From contig CAVVHS010000005.1 of assembly GCA_963748215.1 (NCBI GenBank), positions 128,001-192,000 of the forward strand: a DNA stretch of 64,000 nt, written 5' to 3'. The notes under the pieces are model-generated. The model was not told where the DNA came from. It did not search any database and saw nothing but the letters and a program-made list of their open reading frames with translations. Below are positions 51,869 through 60,752 of the stretch, piece by piece. Numbering within the stretch: the stretch's first letter is position 1; every line of letters begins with the position of its first letter. A program made the translations under genes and the position numbers. Source of the stretch: an uncultured Gammaproteobacteria bacterium. Its GTDB lineage: Bacteria; Pseudomonadota; Gammaproteobacteria; UBA9214.

Positions 51869-53027
51869 CTCTAGGCCTGTCTCCCACCGGTATGCTGGCT
51901 ATAGCGGTCTCCGTCTCGCTGTCGACTACAACCAGCTCGTCGGTCCTTTCACAGTTCACGAAGAAATACCGGCCGTCGTTGCTGAAATCGCCGGTGTGCG
52001 CCCCGCAATTCCGGGGAAGCTCAATGCTGTTGACGATCTGGAGATAGGTGCCCGAGTCCTCCATCACGTCGAGCACATCGAGCCGACTGGCGTCAGCCGA
52101 GCCGGACGGCGCATCCACCACGCCGTTCATGATCAGGTAAGCGTAGTGACCATTCGGCGTGAACTCGCTGGTCTGGGCACCGACGCCCAGCCCATCGTCC
52201 TGCGTGAGCTTCTTCAGATGCTGAGGCGCGTCGGGAAGATTGCTCACATCCCAGATGTCATAGGTATTGTCGAGTTCGAGATTTTCGACCAGTACAATCT
52301 TGCCGTTGGTCGTTGCCATGAAGGGCAACACCTTATCTTTGTTGCCGTCGGCCAGTGGAGGCAGCACCTGATGGATAATCTGCTTCGTCTCCGTGTCGAC
52401 GATTGTCAGGGACTCGCCACCAAGGTCCGGTTCCATGAAGTAGCGCCCGTTCGGGGTAATCGTTGCATCACAGGGACGCGCCGCACCGTTTGATCCTGAC
52501 GGACCCGAGCTGGGATCGAAGTCGGGAACCGGTATGCGGTGGGCTATGGTACCGAAGTCGGGGTGGGCCGGGTCGGTGATGATCTCCTGAATCTCGTCAA
52601 TCTCGCGGGCCGAGTTCCATGCCGAGCGGCCGTCCGGAGATATGCCGATGAAATTGGAACGCGAGCCCGTTTTGACAGGGGCACCCGGTAGATCGTAGGT
52701 GTCAACGGTGACGATATTGTTGGCGTTTTTCAGCGGGCTCAGCGAGGCCCTGGCCTTGACGCCGATCACTTCACCGCCCAGGCCTGACCACCACCAGGCC
52801 GGATGACCGTCGTACTGATTGGCCGGCCAGCTGGTACCGAATCCGGCGTCCATGCGTTCCTTCTCCTTACACTTGATGGGATTCTTGCCGTTGGACGTCA
52901 CACAGCGGATCAGCGACAGGGTTTGATCGCCTATATTGGAAACAAAGACATTCGAAACACCGGCAAGGCAAGCTGGCGACAGCGCCAGCGCTGCGCTGCC
53001 GGCAAGAAGCGCGAACATTCTTTTCAT
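51852..53027 (-). CDS. Exported YncE/YVTN-like beta-propeller protein
   Basis: AGGAGG RBS; signal peptide; repeated ISPDGR, ITPNGRY, FTPNGHY and FSNDGRY blades; terminal IPVGDRPRG. Confidence 0.85.
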   Translation of the reverse strand: MKRMFALLAGSAALALSPACLAGVSNVFVSNIGDQTLSLIRCVTSNGKNPIKCKEKERMDAGFGTSWPANQYDGHPAWWWSGLGGEVIGVKARASLSPLKNANNIVTVDTYDLPGAPVKTGSRSNFIGISPDGRSAWNSAREIDEIQEIITDPAHPDFGTIAHRIPVPDFDPSSGPSGSNGAARPCDATITPNGRYFMEPDLGGESLTIVDTETKQIIHQVLPPLADGNKDKVLPFMATTNGKIVLVENLELDNTYDIWDVSNLPDAPQHLKKLTQDDGLGVGAQTSEFTPNGHYAYLIMNGVVDAPSGSADASRLDVLDVMEDSGTYLQIVNSIELPRNCGAHTGDFSNDGRYFFVNCERTDELVVVDSETETAIASIPVGDRPRGVIVR

Positions 53028-53374
53028 TACTGGATCCTCCTGCCCCGCGTTGATCGGGCCTGTTGTACGCCAAGGCTGATGTAAATATAGCAAGGTATCG
53101 ATGCAGCGCCATGAATAATGCCGGCGGCCAGGAAAAATCAGATCATTCAACTATTCCGATATGCTTATTAATCTTCGCCACTTGCAATCACACCCGGGTA
53201 CGCTGACCGCAACGGTGGGAGCTGGATTACGAGTGCGTCTCATTTCTGGCGTTGGTGTATCATCTGATTCACAACCGGGAACCACGGCCGTCATACAACG
53301 CCGCGCCAGGCGGCCGTGCTGGACAGAAGCGCGTGTCCATACCCGACAATCATGCACCAGTGAAGGAGTGTGCC

Positions 53375-54109
53375 GTGACAACCGAAGACTACAAAGCGCT
53401 TGCCTCCGAACTCAGCTATATCCTCAGCCTGCAGACCGCACCGCTCGCGATCACCTTCTCGCAGGATGCACCTGATGGCATTCACGCCTATGACGCCGCC
53501 ATGCCGGCTCCCACCGCCGATGGTCGTACGGGGCGCGTACCGGCAGGCTGCGTATTCTGGATCAAGGCCCAGGACCGTACCTTTACCACGACTGCCGAGG
53601 ACCACGGTAATTGCAGTGTAGGCTGCGTCACCCATGGCCTGAAGTCGCTGGAAGCGGTCGCCAACAATTCCGACGTCGCGTGTCTCGTCGATGCCGGCTG
53701 GGTGACACCGGAGATGTTCCCGCAGATCCCGGTGGTCAAGGGTTCGCCCAGACATGTGACCTATGGCCCCCTCTACGAGACAAGTCTGGAGCCCGATGTC
53801 GTCTTCCTGCGCCTGAATGCCAAGCAGGCGATGGTTCTCTCTGATGCTGTTCCGGAGATTGCCTTCCAGGGAAAACCCCAGTGCCACATCATCGCCATCG
53901 CCAAGGAGCAGAATCAGGTGGCAATCAGCGTCGGCTGCATGCTGAGTCGCGTGCGCACCGGCATGGCCATCACCGAGATGACGTGCGCGATACCCGCGCA
54001 GCGCCTGCATGAGGTGGTGGAGAAGCTGCGCAACGCCTGCACCGCAGACAAGGCCGTAGCTTCCTATGCAAGCGATGACTCAAAGCGTTTCGGGCAGTAT
54101 CTGTCCTGA
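53375..54109 (+). CDS. DUF169-family Cys-rich protein
   Basis: AAGGAG RBS before GTG; PLAITF, GCVFW, H.NCSVG, YGPL....PDVV, PQC, SVGC..SR and EMTCAIP. Confidence 0.85.
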   Translation: MTTEDYKALASELSYILSLQTAPLAITFSQDAPDGIHAYDAAMPAPTADGRTGRVPAGCVFWIKAQDRTFTTTAEDHGNCSVGCVTHGLKSLEAVANNSDVACLVDAGWVTPEMFPQIPVVKGSPRHVTYGPLYETSLEPDVVFLRLNAKQAMVLSDAVPEIAFQGKPQCHIIAIAKEQNQVAISVGCMLSRVRTGMAITEMTCAIPAQRLHEVVEKLRNACTADKAVASYASDDSKRFGQYLS

Positions 54110-54215
54110 ACCTGTATCCCGGGAAGTGAACATCGCCCGAATCCGCATCTGGCGCTGGTATTAATTTCCAGTTCAGGAGCGTCGCCGGGGTAGCGTCACG
54201 GGGAAACGGGCTGTA

Positions 54216-54659
54216 TCACTCGCGGCGCCGGGGAAAGTCCAGCAGACAGCATCTGCCAGACGGATTACGCGTCTCGCAATCACATTCAGATCGCCTGGTA
54301 TGTTCGATGACAAACTCCCGGCATGAATCCCCTTTGCCAGAGCCACGATCAGAAATGATGTCTCGAAGGCTCATATCAAAGCAGTAGCAAATGGTGCGAT
54401 TGTCTTCCCTTGATTTCTGCCCCACCGACTGCCTGAGCTCGGAGCGCCCCAGGGTGGATTCATGACTGAAATATACGACATCACAGTCAGGGTCCGGGCA
54501 AAAGTAATATTCATGTGCTGTCAAGCGCCTCGCCCAGGGCTTCCTGAGCTGGTGCAACACGGTATGCCGCGAGACGCGCGCGCAGGGTTTTCCATTCAGC
54601 GGACAGTCTGCAGTCTTCGAATCACCATTCCCGTTGCATGCATTGCCATCGTGCCCCAT
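54216..54659 (-). CDS. Cys-rich metal-binding protein (CopZ N-terminal Zn/2Fe-2S domain-like metallochaperone)
   Basis: CP, V...TVLH, YYFCPDPDCDVVYF, ICYCF and C.C..RNPSGRCC. Confidence 0.85.
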   Translation of the reverse strand: MGHDGNACNGNGDSKTADCPLNGKPCARVSRHTVLHQLRKPWARRLTAHEYYFCPDPDCDVVYFSHESTLGRSELRQSVGQKSREDNRTICYCFDMSLRDIISDRGSGKGDSCREFVIEHTRRSECDCETRNPSGRCCLLDFPRRRE

Positions 54660-54853
54660 AGCGCTTTCTCTCCTGCCACATGAAGACTATAAAGACTATA
54701 GTTTACTGAGGAACAACTCGACAGGATAACTGCCGAACAGTCTCCGTTGACTCAATTCCCGCTGCAGTAGCAAGTGTACTGCCGCACCGGCAAAATTGGC
54801 CGTTGAAACAATTCGGATTCCGGGAAGTGGTGGCCGACTTGCCGCTACTCGCA

Positions 54854-55159
54854 TCAACCCGGCCAGCAGGAGCTTTCGATTGCCTCGCCGAGGTCGGCCT
54901 CGATCAGGCGGCGGCACACTTCCAGCAACTGCTCGATCAACCGCGGCTCGAAACGCGCGTAGGCCTCGGCATCGGGCACACGCCTGACCACCACACCGAG
55001 CAGTTCGGTGATGGCATTGCCGATCGAGTTCTGGCTGATGGTGACGATCAGTTTGTCCTCGTCGTTGCGGTAGATGAGCTGCTTGAAGGCCGGCTGCCAG
55101 CGAATGGCATTGGCGTAGGCGGCATCGACAATGCAGTGATCGCGGACCTTCTTCGCCGT
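54854..55159 (-). pseudogene. Duplicated 3' fragment of the 56464-57627 gene
   Basis: Aligns to 56464-56769 (offset 1610) with SNPs; C-terminus IESSCWPG* versus IETAYWPG*. Confidence 0.92.
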
Positions 55160-55162
55160 TTT

Positions 55163-55323
55163 GCGGGCACGGAAACCCGCACCGTCATCGGCACCGTGGT
55201 CCTGTTCGACATCCTGTCGGCGACCTTCTTCACCATCATTGTCGTGCCGGTAGCCTATGACCTGCTGGCCCGGCACACCGGCTCGCCAAAGTGCGTACGG
55301 CGCCAGCTGGAAAGCGAACTGGC
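55163..55323 (+). pseudogene. Duplicated 3' fragment of the RND permease gene
   Basis: Aligns to 48623-48783 (offset 6540) with SNPs. Confidence 0.92.
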
Positions 55324-55450
55324 GGCATACGGATTAAGGCCGGTGATTCGCGCCTGAATGCTCCTGTTACGCGTGACATGGGACTTCCCCTGATTGAGTG
55401 GGTAACACATCAATTCAGACGAGACGCATTACTTCTGATGGCAAGGTTGT

Positions 55451-55660
55451 TGACCGAATGAATGCGGCCCTGCTCAATCAGACCGTAGGGTCGAATTCAT
55501 TCGACCAGCGGTGTTTCATCCGAGCAGACGTCCTGCAGTGATATCCGTAGATAAAGGATGACAACCGGGTAACCGTGGTGATGCAATAGGCTGGTGGCCG
55601 AATGAATTCGGCCCTACAACGGTAATCTACCCACTGGCCGAATGAATTCGGCCCTGACAA
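55451..55660. repeat. Cluster of four GTAG-type REP palindromes
   Basis: GTAGGGTCGAATTCATTCGACC at about 55485, with inverted copies GGCCGAATGAATTCGGCCCTAC (about 55596), GGCCGAATGAATTCGGCCCTG (about 55636) and GACCGAATGAATGCGGCCCTG (about 55452). Confidence 0.85.
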
Positions 55661-55789
55661 TCGAGAGTTCGAACCCCACGGTAACCTACCCACTCGATTC
55701 GGGGAAGAGCCATAAGGATGTAACCCGGGCCAGGACCTGGCCACCGGAATCGAGGTTGCCGGCGCGCCCATCGCCGGCCGATCTGCGCG

Positions 55790-56404
55790 TCACATGTCGA
55801 GCGGCTGCTTGATGCTGACGGCACCACGCAGGTCGCCGGGCTTGTAGCCCACTGCCCGGTCATGCGGGTACAGGGTCTGCAGCTCGGCCTGCACCGGCTC
55901 CGCTATCTGCCCGGCGCTGCCGTGACAGACGACACACTGTGGTGCCAGACCGATCGCTTTCATGTAACGCAGCGACTTTCCGGCTGGCTCCTCAACGACC
56001 TCGTAATGAGACATATCGTCATACTTCTCGCCCTGTGCGGCGCGGCGCTCGAAATCCTGCAGCACGCCCTGCTCCCAGACATCGGGTGATCCCAGCATCG
56101 GGTTGCGTACGCGCGTACCCACCCGCGTGACCTTCCAGCCCTTTTCCAGGGAAATGTCATTGGTAATGTCCGGCGCCACGTCGCGGCACACCTTCATCGC
56201 CGCAACCGGTCCGCCCGCCTGCATTTCGCGCTGCATGGCCCCGCCGAGCTGCTTGAGAAACGCACTGCTTGCCGCCTGTGCCGCGCTGACGCGCGCCTCG
56301 ATGTCGGCGTCGCCGCTGGCAGCGGCAGTGGAAACCGTCACAACGCCTGCAGCGGCCAGCGCCGCTACGATGACAGTCCGGCGAATATAGGTGGTTATCT
56401 TCAT
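55790..56404 (-). CDS. DUF3365 (Tll0287-like) periplasmic haem c protein
   Basis: Signal peptide; GGPVAAMKVC, RNP..PD.WE, LRYMKAI...CVVCHG, YPHDRAVGY..GDLRGAVSI. Confidence 0.9.
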   Translation of the reverse strand: MKITTYIRRTVIVAALAAAGVVTVSTAAASGDADIEARVSAAQAASSAFLKQLGGAMQREMQAGGPVAAMKVCRDVAPDITNDISLEKGWKVTRVGTRVRNPMLGSPDVWEQGVLQDFERRAAQGEKYDDMSHYEVVEEPAGKSLRYMKAIGLAPQCVVCHGSAGQIAEPVQAELQTLYPHDRAVGYKPGDLRGAVSIKQPLDM

Positions 56405-56463
56405 GTCTGTTCTCCTGTTCCGTATAAAGGGTCTGGTCTGATTGAGGCAACCGCGCCCGCGCC

Positions 56464-57627
56464 TCAGCCTGGCCAGTATGCTGTTTCGATTGCCTCGCCG
56501 AGGTCGGCCTCGATCAGGCGGCGGCGCACTTCCAGCAACTGCTCGATCAGCCGCGGCTCGAAACGCGCGTAGGCTTCGGCATCGGGGACACGCCTGACCA
56601 CCACACCGAGCAGTTCGGTGATGGCATTGCCGATCGAGTTCTGGCTGATGGTGACGATCAGTTTGTCCTCGTCGTTGCGGTAGATGAGCTGCTTGAAGGC
56701 CGGCTGCCAGCGGATGGCATTGGCGTAGGCGGCATCGACAATGCAGTGATCGCGGACCTTCTTCGCCGTCTTCAGGAAATCATTGTTGAACAGCAGCACG
56801 TTCTCGACGTGCTCGGGGAAGTACAGATCATCCAGCATCGGCGCGTTGCGTGTCGATACCTGGCTGAAGAAGGTCCGGTAGAAATCGATGAATCCCTTGA
56901 GGATCTCGTCGTACTCGTCCCAGAAACCGACCTCCTCCAGCGTCGCCACGCCGCCCTGGATTTCCCAGCTCGGCAGGCCCTGCGGGTAGCCGGTCAACTC
57001 GATGCGCGAGCCCGCATCGCCCACCGGCCAGAGCAGCTCCAGATCCAGCGCGCGATCGAAGAACTCGCGGTAGACATCGTGCATATAGGCCTCGAACAGG
57101 CTGTGCTGGCCGCCGTCCGTCAGGTTCGGATTGCTCGGATCGGCCGGCTGCGCGTTGCGCAGCTCGTCCTTGCTGAACACCATGAAATGGTTGTGCAGCA
57201 TGCGGATACTGGGCACGCCGGGCGAGGTCAGCGGCCAGGTCGCATCGAGGCTGGCCTCGCCCGCCAGCAGCAGGTGGGTCTCCGGGTCCGGATAGTGCTC
57301 CACCATGTAATCGATAATGATCTGGTTCATGCGGTTCCAGACGCGTTTCACGTCGTCCGGCACCTGGGTGCGTCGCACCGGCCGGCCCAGCGGGTTGAGA
57401 ATGCATTTGGAACTGTTGAAGATAATCGAGGTGTCGAAATCGCGGCTGTGACCCAGCGCCTTGCGGTACAGCAACAGGTTTTCGGGATTGGTCAACAGCC
57501 CGTTGTTGTGCATCAGGTCATTCAGGTTTTCGGTACTGTTGAAAAATTCGTTGGGCGCCATGGCCTCCGGCACGTCCAGCGGGATGGGCCGGAACGGGGT
57601 AACGATTTCTCTCGGGCCGGACTTCAT
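56464..57627 (-). CDS. Conserved-looking hypothetical protein with a HIT-like His motif
   Basis: Clean high-GC3 ORF with AAGGAG RBS; PSIRMLHNHFMVF motif. Confidence 0.82.
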   Translation of the reverse strand: MKSGPREIVTPFRPIPLDVPEAMAPNEFFNSTENLNDLMHNNGLLTNPENLLLYRKALGHSRDFDTSIIFNSSKCILNPLGRPVRRTQVPDDVKRVWNRMNQIIIDYMVEHYPDPETHLLLAGEASLDATWPLTSPGVPSIRMLHNHFMVFSKDELRNAQPADPSNPNLTDGGQHSLFEAYMHDVYREFFDRALDLELLWPVGDAGSRIELTGYPQGLPSWEIQGGVATLEEVGFWDEYDEILKGFIDFYRTFFSQVSTRNAPMLDDLYFPEHVENVLLFNNDFLKTAKKVRDHCIVDAAYANAIRWQPAFKQLIYRNDEDKLIVTISQNSIGNAITELLGVVVRRVPDAEAYARFEPRLIEQLLEVRRRLIEADLGEAIETAYWPG

Positions 57628-57657
57628 GTCGTTGCTCCTTGTTGCCAGCGGGTACGG

Positions 57658-58746
57658 TTATTTGCCTGACCCGGCGATCCAGTCGAGACCGAGCGGATTA
57701 TGCGGGTCTACACCGTCCATGAACGGCAGGTTCCGTTGTTCGTGTGTCAACTGGTAGACCAGGCCGATCCAGTTGCCAAGGATACCCTCGGCGGTATCGT
57801 GCCAGGTGTTGTCAAGGCGACCGGCAACCAGTTGCTCGGGGAATTCCGGCACCGGGTCGCCCGCCGCCTGCGCCGCGACCAGGCGCCGCCGGTATTCCTC
57901 GAGGATGGCACGCTCGCACGACTTGAGCTGGTTGTCGGGAAACGGCGGGTAATCATCACGCTTACCGTCGGCAAAACGCCGCACTTCGCGCTTGTACTCC
58001 TTGAGCAGGGACACGGTGTCATACTCCGGATGCCCCTGGAAATAGACGACGCGGAACCCGTCCGGACTGACGGCAAGGTGCACCCCGGCGTCCGCGCTCT
58101 CCACCAGCACATGCAGACCCGCCTCCCGGAACTGCCCGGCAGTGATGTTATTGAAGCGCGAATGCGGCACGTCGAACTTCGTGTTGACATCGTTCACCAG
58201 CGGGTGATCCGCCTGGATCACCCGGTGCGGAAACACACCCCAGCGCTTGGCAGGCAGCGGGCTGCGTTTCTGGCCGTGCTGGAACTGCATCGCCGCGTGC
58301 GTGGCAAGGCAGGAGCACAGCACCGAGGTCACGTTCTGCTGTGCCCAGTCGAACACCTCGCGCAGCGGCTCCCAGAAAGGTTCCTGGGACAGGTCGGGGT
58401 GCGAGACATTGGCGCCGGTGATAATCAGCGCATCCAGACCCTCGGCGCGAATCTGCTCGAAGCTGTCGTAGTAGCGCTCGATGTGCAACTGCGCCTGTTC
58501 CCCGCGCGGGAGTTCCCGCAGCGTGAACGGGTGCATGTAGAACTGGGCGATCGGATTGCTCTCCCCCACCAGGCGGAAGAACTGGCGCTCGGTCGCGGCC
58601 AGCGCCGCATCCGGCATCATGTTCAGCACGCCGATGTGCAGCTCGCGGATGGTCTGGTGCAGGGCCCTGCCCGGCTCGAGGATGGTCTGGCCTTCCTGGC
58701 GCAGGCGCTGGAAGGTCGGCAGGTCATTGTGGGCGACTATCGGCAT
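57658..58746 (-). CDS. metA: Homoserine O-succinyl/acetyltransferase (MetA family)
   Basis: IG.LNMMP, TERQF.RL, DALIITGA, CSCLA (catalytic Cys), PHSR and QGHPEY. Confidence 0.92.
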   Translation of the reverse strand: MPIVAHNDLPTFQRLRQEGQTILEPGRALHQTIRELHIGVLNMMPDAALAATERQFFRLVGESNPIAQFYMHPFTLRELPRGEQAQLHIERYYDSFEQIRAEGLDALIITGANVSHPDLSQEPFWEPLREVFDWAQQNVTSVLCSCLATHAAMQFQHGQKRSPLPAKRWGVFPHRVIQADHPLVNDVNTKFDVPHSRFNNITAGQFREAGLHVLVESADAGVHLAVSPDGFRVVYFQGHPEYDTVSLLKEYKREVRRFADGKRDDYPPFPDNQLKSCERAILEEYRRRLVAAQAAGDPVPEFPEQLVAGRLDNTWHDTAEGILGNWIGLVYQLTHEQRNLPFMDGVDPHNPLGLDWIAGSGK

Positions 58747-58751
58747 GCGTG

Positions 58752-59615
58752 CTAGCCCCGCGGACTGTCCGCCTTGCGGGCAATCGCGTTTTCAACCAGG
58801 TCGAGAAAGTCCTGCTCGTCGCGCACACCCGCGACTTCATGCGAGGTCACGGTATAGCCATGCGGGCGCGCGATGGCCTCGTAGCGTGGCACGCGCGAAT
58901 GGAACAGGCGCGGAAACACCCAGCTGCAGAAATCATCCGGGTCCACCTGTGCCGCGTACTCCAGTCCGCGCAGGACGAGATATTCCCGCAGCTGCTCCGC
59001 CAGAAACTCCGACCGGTAATACAGTGGCTTGGGACTGCTCTGGGCGCGACTGATCAGGGCCTCCTCCTCCGCCTTCTCGGTCACCCGGATGTACAGGATC
59101 AGCGTATGCTTCACCAGCAGGTCGATCACGGACGGTTCGTTGAGCTCGCACAGGCTGCCGCCCACGTCGTTGACGTAGTTGTCGTAACCGTAAATCTCGT
59201 GTGCCTTGCGGATAAACTCGGGCACGTCCTGCATGGCCGCGATCTCCGCCTCGCGGTACAAGGCCTGGCGCCGCGAGAACTCATCCAGCGGGACGCCGCC
59301 CAGCTCCGGGTTGCCGAGCTTGCCGACAAAACTCAGCACCGGCCCCAGGTCATCCACCTTGATGTTGTTGCGGATGTGGATCCAGTCACGGCGCAGCAGG
59401 TCGCGCAGGAATGGTGTCTGCATCGCCTGCTGCTTGATCAGGTCCATGATCGGTTCATCCAGGTAGCGGGTGCCGATGCGGTAGTCGCCCGAGTAGTGGA
59501 ACCAGTGGTGGTTGCGCAGCAGCATCGACAGGTGGGTCTTGCCCACCCCGGACATGCCCAGCAGGGTAACGCTCTTGTTTTTCCAGGCTCGGAACTCGTC
59601 AATAGTGAACTGCAT
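58752..59615 (-). CDS. P-loop ATPase/kinase-like protein
   Basis: TLLGMSGVGKT Walker A, HYSGDYRIGTRYL, NDVGGSLCE and PKPLYY. Confidence 0.85.
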   Translation of the reverse strand: MQFTIDEFRAWKNKSVTLLGMSGVGKTHLSMLLRNHHWFHYSGDYRIGTRYLDEPIMDLIKQQAMQTPFLRDLLRRDWIHIRNNIKVDDLGPVLSFVGKLGNPELGGVPLDEFSRRQALYREAEIAAMQDVPEFIRKAHEIYGYDNYVNDVGGSLCELNEPSVIDLLVKHTLILYIRVTEKAEEEALISRAQSSPKPLYYRSEFLAEQLREYLVLRGLEYAAQVDPDDFCSWVFPRLFHSRVPRYEAIARPHGYTVTSHEVAGVRDEQDFLDLVENAIARKADSPRG

Positions 59616-59734
59616 GCATCAGACCCCGGGATAGAAACAGTGGGGAAGTTTAACCGAAACGCGGTACGGCGTCAGAGACCGGTGGCATGCCCTGATGCCG
59701 CCATTCCGGGGAGCAATCCGGGGGGAAGACCCGG

Positions 59735-60012
59735 ACCGCGCGGCCCTCGCCCCTGCGGGGCTCGAGCCGGACCCGCTTGTTTATGATCAAGGCTGATCGA
59801 GGTGTCGAATTCCGATCTCGACGCATCAGTAACAAAGGAGGCTAAAAGCCGCTTATTGATGACAGCATCGATGGATATTCCCGAGGGATTGACTCGGGCC
59901 CTGTCGCTCACGGCCTGGCCCAGACCAGCTTCTCGACCCGGGCCATGCCCGTAAAAATGGTCTCACCTCCTCCCCGTACATCGTCCACAGCCCTCGCCCT
60001 GCGGGCGCCGGC
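59735..60012. repeat. Degenerate copy of the tRNA-linked repeat units at 63085-63345
   Basis: GAATTCCGATCTCGACGCATCA (59807 versus 63260), GAGGGATT-(G)ACTCGGGCC (59883 versus 63330) and TGGCCCAG.CCAGCTTCTCGACCCGG...GCCCTCGCCCTGCGGGCGCCGGC (59916-60012 versus 63087-63183). Confidence 0.85.
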
Positions 60013-60399
60013 TTTGCCGGCACCCAGCCCGGCTATCAATAATTTCCCTGCTTCTGGGAAGTCCGCAGAACACAGCCGTCCTTTTACTTGTATTTTTTGA
60101 GGAAAACCCCACAACTCACTGTAAGTTAATATTAATACCCCTATAAATCACCATGCCTCGAATCCGCAACAGGGAATACAGTACCGGTTGAACCGGTGCT
60201 TGTGGTCAAGCACTGACGACGGAGTGTAAACCGTGGGATCCGTGTGATTGGCCTGTTCCAGCGCCCGGACACACCCGTCATCGATCGCCTGACCGCCCGC
60301 GATACGCTGTCGGGGTAACTGGCCACCCGCTTGACACCCGCATACGGGCCCGAGGTTGCTGCGCCTCGTGCCAGTCCCCGGCCTGATCCTTCAGCCGTC

Positions 60400-60665
60400 G
60401 GTACGCAACGTCCCGGTCAGATCAAGGATCAAACCAGACTGATTGCCGAGGGATGGAAAAAGGTATCGAGCAATACAGGAAGCAACAATATGCCAGGGCC
60501 AGGGAATCAGATAAAAGACCCGGAAAGGTCGATCAGCAACCCACCTCACCCGGGGCGAACGAGATCAAGGTTCGGGAAATGTTCGTTTACAGGCAGCGCT
60601 GGCCACCCTGGTTGCTGCTCGTTCCCGGCCGGCTGGCCATGGCTGCGTGCTGGTATCTCTGTTAA
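60400..60665 (+). pseudogene. Frameshifted DUF2956 paralog
   Basis: TQRPGQIKDQTRLIAEG in one frame and EKGIEQYRKQQYARARE...VYRQRWPPWLLL in another; collinear with 7612-7944. Confidence 0.82.
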
Positions 60666-60752
60666 AACGGTATACGGCGATTCTGGCTTCATACTGACGC
60701 CAGACTGACAATTCGCCAGCACCATGTACGGCTGGTCAGAACGCTACCCGGG

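Noticed and set aside
54803-55357. Novel fusion proteins (184 aa on +, 140 aa on -)
   Set aside because: Each is half antisense translation across the duplication junction, with no RBS evidence.
55594-55695. Mini-CRISPR
   Set aside because: These are short palindromes in mixed orientation with GTAG tags, and the intervening sequences are themselves repeated (GGTAA.CTACCCACT), consistent with REPs.
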